From a virus (Duplodnaviria; Heunggongvirae; Uroviricota; Caudoviricetes): DNA of 19,739 bases. The notes beneath the pieces are model-generated. The model was not told where the DNA came from. It was given only the letters and a program-made list of their open reading frames with translations, and made no database searches. Shown here one piece after another: positions 14,501-19,739 of the stretch (positions are counted from its first letter, which is position 1; each line of letters opens with the position of its first letter). Made by a program: the position numbers and the translations under genes. The DNA lies in IMG/VR virus record IMGVR_UViG_2706795442_000001; one strand, written 5' to 3'.

Positions 14501-15637
14501 ATGGCTAAAGTGGAATTTAGAATGCACGATGCCAAAATGACTAGCGAAGGAGACATGATTGTTGCTGGTTATGTAAACCAAACAGAACAATTTAGTCAAG
14601 AGCTAGGACTGGCAAAACGCTTTAAAGAAAAAATTTCAAAAGGTGCATTCCAACGTGCCATTTCAAAATCAGATAGAGATATTGATTTCTTAGCAGAACA
14701 TGATAGCTCAGTTGTTTTAGCTTCTACTAAGAACGGAACTTTAGACTTAAAAGAAGACGATAAAGGTCTTTATATGGAAGCAAGAGTTATTAATACTTCT
14801 GCTGGTCGAGATTGGTATGAAATGATTAGTTCTGGACTAATTACTAACATGTCATTCGGGTTCCAATCTATCAATGATGAGTGGCGTTCAGTTGGAGAGA
14901 ACCTTTTCGAGAGAACGATTAATGATTTAGAATTATTTGAAGTATCAGCTGTTAGAAATCCAGCTTATGCTCAATCAAGTATCTCAAATCGTGGACTTGA
15001 CACTTCTGACGAAGATATAGTCCCAGAAGACATTGAGGAGGAAAATGTAATGGAACAACGTACAGCAGACCAATTGCTTACAGCAATTTCCGAACTTACT
15101 AATGAAGTAAGAGAATTACGTGGAACATTAGGTACAGATAAAGACGGTAAAACTGTTAATGTACAAAAAGATAATTATGCAGCAGGTCAACAAACATCTG
15201 CACAAGCAGAATCAGATTCAGACCATAAAAGAATTAAAGCAGATGAAGAAAATGGTAAATATGCTGGAGATAAAGAAATCGACGGCAAAGGTTCATATAA
15301 CCATGACAAAAAAGTTCCAGCTGGTAAAGATGATGGTACAGTAGAAAACGAACCAGAATCACAATCTGGTAAAACAGCTTATTATGATGGTTCATTGCCA
15401 GAAGATATTCCTGGAGAACAAAACGGAGAAGATGGAAAACAAGGACGTGTTCAAGAAGATAAAGACACTTCTTCTAGTCAAACAGGTTCACAAGACGACA
15501 CATCTTCATCTTCTACATCTGAAAAACAAGATGATAAAACACAATCTGACAGCACTTCAACAAGTCAAGGCGAAGGACGTTCTATTTCGTTCGCAGAAGC
15601 ACAAAGACGAATTGAAGAATTACGTGGAGGTAAGTAA
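14501..15637 (+). CDS. Prohead protease (HK97-type) fused to an acidic scaffold-like C-terminal region
   Basis: FLAEHD, GLYMEA, MSFGF, LFEVSAVRNPAY; ~210-aa acidic extension ending in a basic helix. Confidence 0.88.
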   Translation: MAKVEFRMHDAKMTSEGDMIVAGYVNQTEQFSQELGLAKRFKEKISKGAFQRAISKSDRDIDFLAEHDSSVVLASTKNGTLDLKEDDKGLYMEARVINTSAGRDWYEMISSGLITNMSFGFQSINDEWRSVGENLFERTINDLELFEVSAVRNPAYAQSSISNRGLDTSDEDIVPEDIEEENVMEQRTADQLLTAISELTNEVRELRGTLGTDKDGKTVNVQKDNYAAGQQTSAQAESDSDHKRIKADEENGKYAGDKEIDGKGSYNHDKKVPAGKDDGTVENEPESQSGKTAYYDGSLPEDIPGEQNGEDGKQGRVQEDKDTSSSQTGSQDDTSSSSTSEKQDDKTQSDSTSTSQGEGRSISFAEAQRRIEELRGGK

Positions 15638-15639
15638 TA

Positions 15640-16800
15640 ATGGAATTAAAAGAGCTTAGAGAACAACGTAACAGCTTGTTAGACAAAATGGACGAAATTA
15701 CTTACAAAGTGAATGAAAATGGCACTGGTAAGGAATCACGCAATTTAACAAGCAAAGAATCAGAAGAATTTGAAAAACTAGTAAATGAAGTAAGAACAAT
15801 TGATTCACAAATTAATGAATTAAAAAATACAAAAGGACAAAAAGTGGAGGAAAGAGAAATGGCAGACAATAAATTAGTAGAACAACGTTCCGCTTTAAAC
15901 TCATTCATTCGTAACGATAGAAAAGGTTTAGAGGAACGTGCTCAATATGTAAACACAACAAATGATGGCGATGTTTTAATCCCAGAACAAATCGCTGATG
16001 AAATCTTACGTAAAATGGAAGAAGCGTCTCCAGTATTCGAACAAGCTCGTAAATACCCATCAGTTAATGGTACTTTGAAAATCGCTAAAGAAAATACTGA
16101 CGACCAAGCAGGTTTCGTTGGAGAAAACGAAGAAATTCCAAGTATCGCATTAAAATTCAAACATGTTACTTTAACTCAAAAACGTGTTGGTGCAGCAGTT
16201 ACTTTAACTCAACAATTGTTAAACGATTCTGCAATGGATTTATTAAGTTATTCAGCTGACCTTTTAGCACGTCGTACAGCTCGTGCAGTTGAAAAATCAA
16301 TCTTTAAAGGTTTAGGTCAAGAAAGAGGATTCGTAGGTATTTTATCTAACGAAGTAACTGATTCAGAAGATTTAAACAAAGTAAAAATTTCTGCGAATGT
16401 TACTGTAGAAGAATTAGCTGACATTACTGGTTCATTAAACCCAGCTTACTTAGACGGCGCAGCTTTCTACATGTCACGTGAAGTATTTAACGGAATCCGT
16501 AAATTGAAAGACGGTACAGGAGATTTCTTATTACAAAATGGTACAGTCAATGGTGTTATTGGTTCTACTATTTTAGGTTTCCCTGTATACGTATCTGATG
16601 TTTTAGATAAAAAAGATGGAATCATCTTTGGTAATATTGGTGCTGCTTATGGTATCATGGTTAAACAAGGATTCTCTCTTAAACATGTTAACGGAGATAC
16701 ACAACAAACATTAAATGGTACACAATTACTAGCATTCGACGGTTATATGGACGGTAACGTTATTAACCCAGAAGCTATTACACTTGCAAATACTAAGTAA
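15640..16800 (+). CDS. Major capsid protein, HK97 fold, with N-terminal coiled-coil delta domain
   Basis: LIPEQIADEI, VGENEEIP, LTQQLLNDS, TILGFPVYVSD, FGNIG motifs. Confidence 0.92.
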   Translation: MELKELREQRNSLLDKMDEITYKVNENGTGKESRNLTSKESEEFEKLVNEVRTIDSQINELKNTKGQKVEEREMADNKLVEQRSALNSFIRNDRKGLEERAQYVNTTNDGDVLIPEQIADEILRKMEEASPVFEQARKYPSVNGTLKIAKENTDDQAGFVGENEEIPSIALKFKHVTLTQKRVGAAVTLTQQLLNDSAMDLLSYSADLLARRTARAVEKSIFKGLGQERGFVGILSNEVTDSEDLNKVKISANVTVEELADITGSLNPAYLDGAAFYMSREVFNGIRKLKDGTGDFLLQNGTVNGVIGSTILGFPVYVSDVLDKKDGIIFGNIGAAYGIMVKQGFSLKHVNGDTQQTLNGTQLLAFDGYMDGNVINPEAITLANTK

Positions 16801-16839
16801 TTGTAGTATAGACGACGAGAAGGTTTTACTTTCTCGTCA

Positions 16840-16850
16840 TATACATATTT
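16840..16850 (+). promoter_or_regulatory. TATACATA late-region motif, copy 7
   Basis: 1 nt after the GACGAGAA/TTCTCGTC stem (16814-16838) that follows the capsid gene. Confidence 0.5.
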
Positions 16851-16867
16851 GAAGGGAGAAGGTAAAA

Positions 16868-17092
16868 ATGTTAAGAGTTTTATTCTTCCAAGATACTTAC
16901 TTATCTGATTATAACACAGCTAGGAGAGTAGGTCAAGAAATAGACCTGCAATTTGATATGGCTTACGAACTTTACAGAGAAGGTAAGGCAGATATTTTAA
17001 ACCCATATTATAACAAAGATTTATTTAAAGATATAGAAAGATACGATAAAGATTGGGAAAGATTTATAAGATTAGAGGGGGATAGACCATGA
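16868..17092 (+). CDS. Hypothetical virion-region protein (74 aa)
   Basis: AAGGGAG SD; ATGA overlap with the connector gene. Confidence 0.75.
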   Translation: MLRVLFFQDTYLSDYNTARRVGQEIDLQFDMAYELYREGKADILNPYYNKDLFKDIERYDKDWERFIRLEGDRP

Positions 17093-17592
17093 CCGATTCA
17101 CTAGAATTAAACTATGTGAAAAATTATCTCCGTGTTGATTATGACGAAGAACAAGAAGATAAATTTATACAAATGTGTATAACTGCTTCGCGTTCTTTTG
17201 TAGAAACCTATATGAATAGGTCTCTTAGCGATTTCAACGAAGATGGTAGTTATCCAGCTGAAATAGATATTGCAAGACTTAACGTTATATCACAGTGGTA
17301 TGACACTAGAACTATAATGTCTCCACGTTCAAACGTTAAAGAAATGGAATATGTATTTGCAGGATTGCTAGACCCACACAGATATTGGAACTTTGCATTT
17401 ATTGATGGAATGCAAAAAAGTGGTCTTGGAGATTTATCAAATATCTTTTATGACAAATCAGCTAACAGATTCTATAGAGCACAACAAGTTGATACTTATA
17501 CAGCATTAACTGGAGAAGACAATACTAATGTTCCTAATACAGGATTTTATAAACCTGTAAATGAAGTTGATTATAATCAAAGGGGGAAATAG
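17089..17592 (+). CDS. Head-tail connector (HK97 gp6/SPP1 gp15-like)
   Basis: VKNYLRVDYDEE, SQWYDTR; synteny. Confidence 0.85.
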   Translation: MTDSLELNYVKNYLRVDYDEEQEDKFIQMCITASRSFVETYMNRSLSDFNEDGSYPAEIDIARLNVISQWYDTRTIMSPRSNVKEMEYVFAGLLDPHRYWNFAFIDGMQKSGLGDLSNIFYDKSANRFYRAQQVDTYTALTGEDNTNVPNTGFYKPVNEVDYNQRGK

Positions 17593-17595
17593 ATA

Positions 17596-17931
17596 ATGCC
17601 TTTGTTAAATGATGCTGGAAAATTAAATCAACGTTGTACTTTTTATTCTATGCAAGAAGTTGAAACTATAAGAGGTAACACCAAAACTGTAGAAAAAGAA
17701 GAATTTTCTTGTTGGTGTACTATTAGACAAGCTAGAATAAGTGAAGTTCAAGCTGCTATAGGAACTGAACATATAAATAGACAAACTCTTATCGTTAGAA
17801 GACAGCAAAGAAAAGAGATAAAAAACGATTGGACTGTAAAAGTAAAAGGTCAAATGTTCGATATAGTAAGTGTTGTACCAGATTATGAAACAGAAATGCA
17901 CGACATGATTGTTCTAAAGGAAAAACATTAA
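17596..17931 (+). CDS. Head closure protein (SPP1 gp16-like)
   Basis: AGKLNQRCTFY, WCTIR, MFDIVSV; synteny. Confidence 0.85.
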   Translation: MPLLNDAGKLNQRCTFYSMQEVETIRGNTKTVEKEEFSCWCTIRQARISEVQAAIGTEHINRQTLIVRRQQRKEIKNDWTVKVKGQMFDIVSVVPDYETEMHDMIVLKEKH

Positions 17932-18347
17932 TGGCTAAAGATGGAACAATAATAACAATCAAAGATTCTGGTATTTCTGATGAGTTAGCGAGATTGGCAC
18001 GAAATGTACCTAAAGTTAGAAATAAAGCGTTAAGAGAAGGTGCTAAACAGTTTGCCGAAGAAGTAGAAGCTGTGACACCCGTAGGACCACCACGTTCGTC
18101 AAATAAATATGGTGGTAAATGGTATTCTACTGTTCATATGAAAGATGACGTAAAATATCAAAAACTACAAGACGAAAGATATATTGTGGGATATGGTAAA
18201 GCTACTGGTTGGCGTGCTCATTTTATTAACGATGGTACTATATATATACAACCAACATTCTTTTTTAATAAAGTGGTAGATGCTAAACTAGGTAACTCAT
18301 ATACAACTATAGAAAATATATTAAGAAGAGAGTTGTTTATGAAATGA
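17931..18347 (+). CDS. HK97 gp10-like tail completion protein
   Basis: KALREGA, TPV, WRAHFINDGT..IQPTFF; synteny. Confidence 0.85.
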   Translation: MAKDGTIITIKDSGISDELARLARNVPKVRNKALREGAKQFAEEVEAVTPVGPPRSSNKYGGKWYSTVHMKDDVKYQKLQDERYIVGYGKATGWRAHFINDGTIYIQPTFFFNKVVDAKLGNSYTTIENILRRELFMK

Positions 18348-18733
18348 TTAGTGTTCAATTATCAGTAAAATTAAAAAGACTTGTAGCTGAACAAGTAAAA
18401 GATATTATACCATCAAAACATGTCTACCTATATAATATTCCAGAAGATGTTGATAGATTAAAAACATTACCGTTTGTTCGTATTAATCATATAACTTCGA
18501 CAGCAACAACACATTCTAGTAACGATATTAATTTCACTAGAGAGCGTTATCAAATTCAATTCTTCTTTGATGATGAAGATGAAAGAGATATAGAAGGAAT
18601 GATTATAAAAACAGACAAACAATTAAGACAACATGGTTTTTATTATTCAACGGGATATGATGGGTATGACCCAGATTTAGAAGGAGTAATAACTGTCACA
18701 CGACAGTATAATTATAGAAATAAAACAGATTAA
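18344..18733 (+). CDS. Tail terminator protein (DUF806-like)
   Basis: LPFVRI, YQIQFF, DPD...VTRQY; immediately before the tail tube gene. Confidence 0.75.
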   Translation: MISVQLSVKLKRLVAEQVKDIIPSKHVYLYNIPEDVDRLKTLPFVRINHITSTATTHSSNDINFTRERYQIQFFFDDEDERDIEGMIIKTDKQLRQHGFYYSTGYDGYDPDLEGVITVTRQYNYRNKTD

Positions 18734-18756
18734 AAATATATAGGAGGAAATATAAT

Positions 18757-19425
18757 ATGGCATCAACAATTGGATTTAAGCGTGCGACTTTCTTTATTTA
18801 TGATAAAGATGATAAAGTTGAAGACACTTATGTAGTAGAAGGTAAAGCAAATAAAGGTGGTACTACAGAGGCTAGTATCTCTGGTTTATCAGCAGAAGCT
18901 GTTAAAGTATACGCTTCAAACGTTGCATACTATGTTGCACAACGTGGTACTGGTTCAGTAGAACTATCACTATCTATTTTAGATATTACAGATGTATTAG
19001 CTGCACGTTTATTAGGACGTAAAGAAAACGAAGACGGTATTTATTTAGTAGGAGAAAATACAGAGCCACCATACGCTGGAGTTCTTATGGAATCAGCAGC
19101 ACTTGACGGACAACCTATTTTCTTTGCATTGTTAAAAGGTAAATTCCGTTTAGATGAACAAAACTTAGCAACAAACGAAGACGAATTATCTGAACCAGAA
19201 GCAGACGAATTAGAAGGTCAATTCGTAGCAGATGCTCATGGTAATACTTATGCAACTGCTCGTGGCGAAGATAAACGAGAAGCATTAAAACAATTATTCT
19301 ACAATATTGCTGGAGACGGTTCAGAAAACACTGACTCTACTCCATCTGGTCGATTAGTAGATGATAGTGAAAAACATGATGAAACTCCAGTAGCAGATTC
19401 AGAAGAAACTACTGACACTCCCTAA
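18757..19425 (+). CDS. Major tail protein, phi13 family
   Basis: IGFKRAT, YASNVAYY, PPYAGVLME, FALLKGKF; ends CCC-TAA. Confidence 0.9.
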   Translation: MASTIGFKRATFFIYDKDDKVEDTYVVEGKANKGGTTEASISGLSAEAVKVYASNVAYYVAQRGTGSVELSLSILDITDVLAARLLGRKENEDGIYLVGENTEPPYAGVLMESAALDGQPIFFALLKGKFRLDEQNLATNEDELSEPEADELEGQFVADAHGNTYATARGEDKREALKQLFYNIAGDGSENTDSTPSGRLVDDSEKHDETPVADSEETTDTP

Positions 19426-19477
19426 GAATGTCTCTGTATCAGCCAGAACAGATTCAGCAATAGTCGATGCAGAGTAA
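19421..19477 (+). other. +1 frameshift extension of the tail protein (PKNVSVSARTDSAIVDAE*)
   Basis: CCC-TAA at 19420-19425; the +1 frame is open for 18 codons to TAA 19475-19477, just before the next hairpin. Confidence 0.75.
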
Positions 19478-19502
19478 TTTTTCAGCCCCTTAATTTGGGG
19501 CT

Positions 19503-19513
19503 TATACATATTT
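19503..19513 (+). promoter_or_regulatory. TATACATA late-region motif, copy 8
   Basis: Directly after the AGCCCC/GGGGCT stem (19484-19502), before the chaperone SD. Confidence 0.5.
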
Positions 19514-19534
19514 AAATAAAGGAGAAGATTATTT

Positions 19535-19739
19535 ATGGCTAAAGAAGTAACAATTAAATTAGAAGACGAGAAAGGTAAAGTACAAGAATACAAAGCAGGT
19601 AAAATTATGGCTCGTACTACACGAGATGCTATGAAGATGTACTCAAAATTAGAAGAAGTAGATAAGAACGGTAATCCAGTAGTATCAGAAGCAGAATCTT
19701 TTGACATGATGATTGATTTAGTAGCAAACTCTATTTTCA
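19535..19739 (+). CDS. Tail assembly chaperone (gpG-like), partial
   Basis: AAAGGAG SD; MAKEVTIKLEDEKGKVQEYKAG...; open to the window end; position after the tail tube gene. Confidence 0.75.
   Translation, partial: MAKEVTIKLEDEKGKVQEYKAGKIMARTTRDAMKMYSKLEEVDKNGNPVVSEAESFDMMIDLVANSIF

Noticed and set aside
15077-15086. CTTACAGCAA copy in the protease gene
   Set aside because: It lies in coding sequence (L-T-A) with no enclosing long-loop stem; likely chance.
709-19707. Other opposite-strand or alternate-frame ORFs in the track (e.g. 709-900, 2625-2852, 3321-3650, 5880-6338, 7143-7400, 7767-8132, 11650-11910, 13050-13334, 15159-15344, 15384-15659, 19399-19707)
   Set aside because: They overlap genes with clear motifs and SDs; I saw no convincing SD or recognisable motif for them.

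Overview
AT-rich phage DNA from a large Firmicutes siphovirus. Gene content (DUF1381, the tail-protein extension, a phi13-type tail tube) suggests a Staphylococcus phage, possibly Sextaecvirus-like; this is inference. 1-4742 is a leftward block of small early/accessory genes driven by near-consensus sigma-A promoters. 4743-5666 is a long non-coding divergence region. 5667-19739 is a rightward late region: Zn-ribbon mini-gene, HNH, terS, then a ~3.6 kb insert between terS and terL, terL split by a group I intron carrying a GIY-YIG endonuclease, portal, protease/scaffold, HK97-type capsid, head-tail genes, major tail protein with a CCC-UAA +1 frameshift signal, and the start of the tail chaperone. 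The strongest candidate for an undescribed system is the terS-terL insert. It holds a DUF2828 (Ro60/TROVE-like + vWA) gene followed by three covarying stem-loops that each display TACAGCAA, then a metallophosphoesterase, tRNA-Pro and a second structured non-coding tract. A [T/G]ATACATA motif abutting a hairpin punctuates the late region eight times. The intron endonuclease appears to have its own sigma-A promoter and a terminator hairpin that competes with ribozyme helix P7. All assignments were made by eye; no database searches were run.
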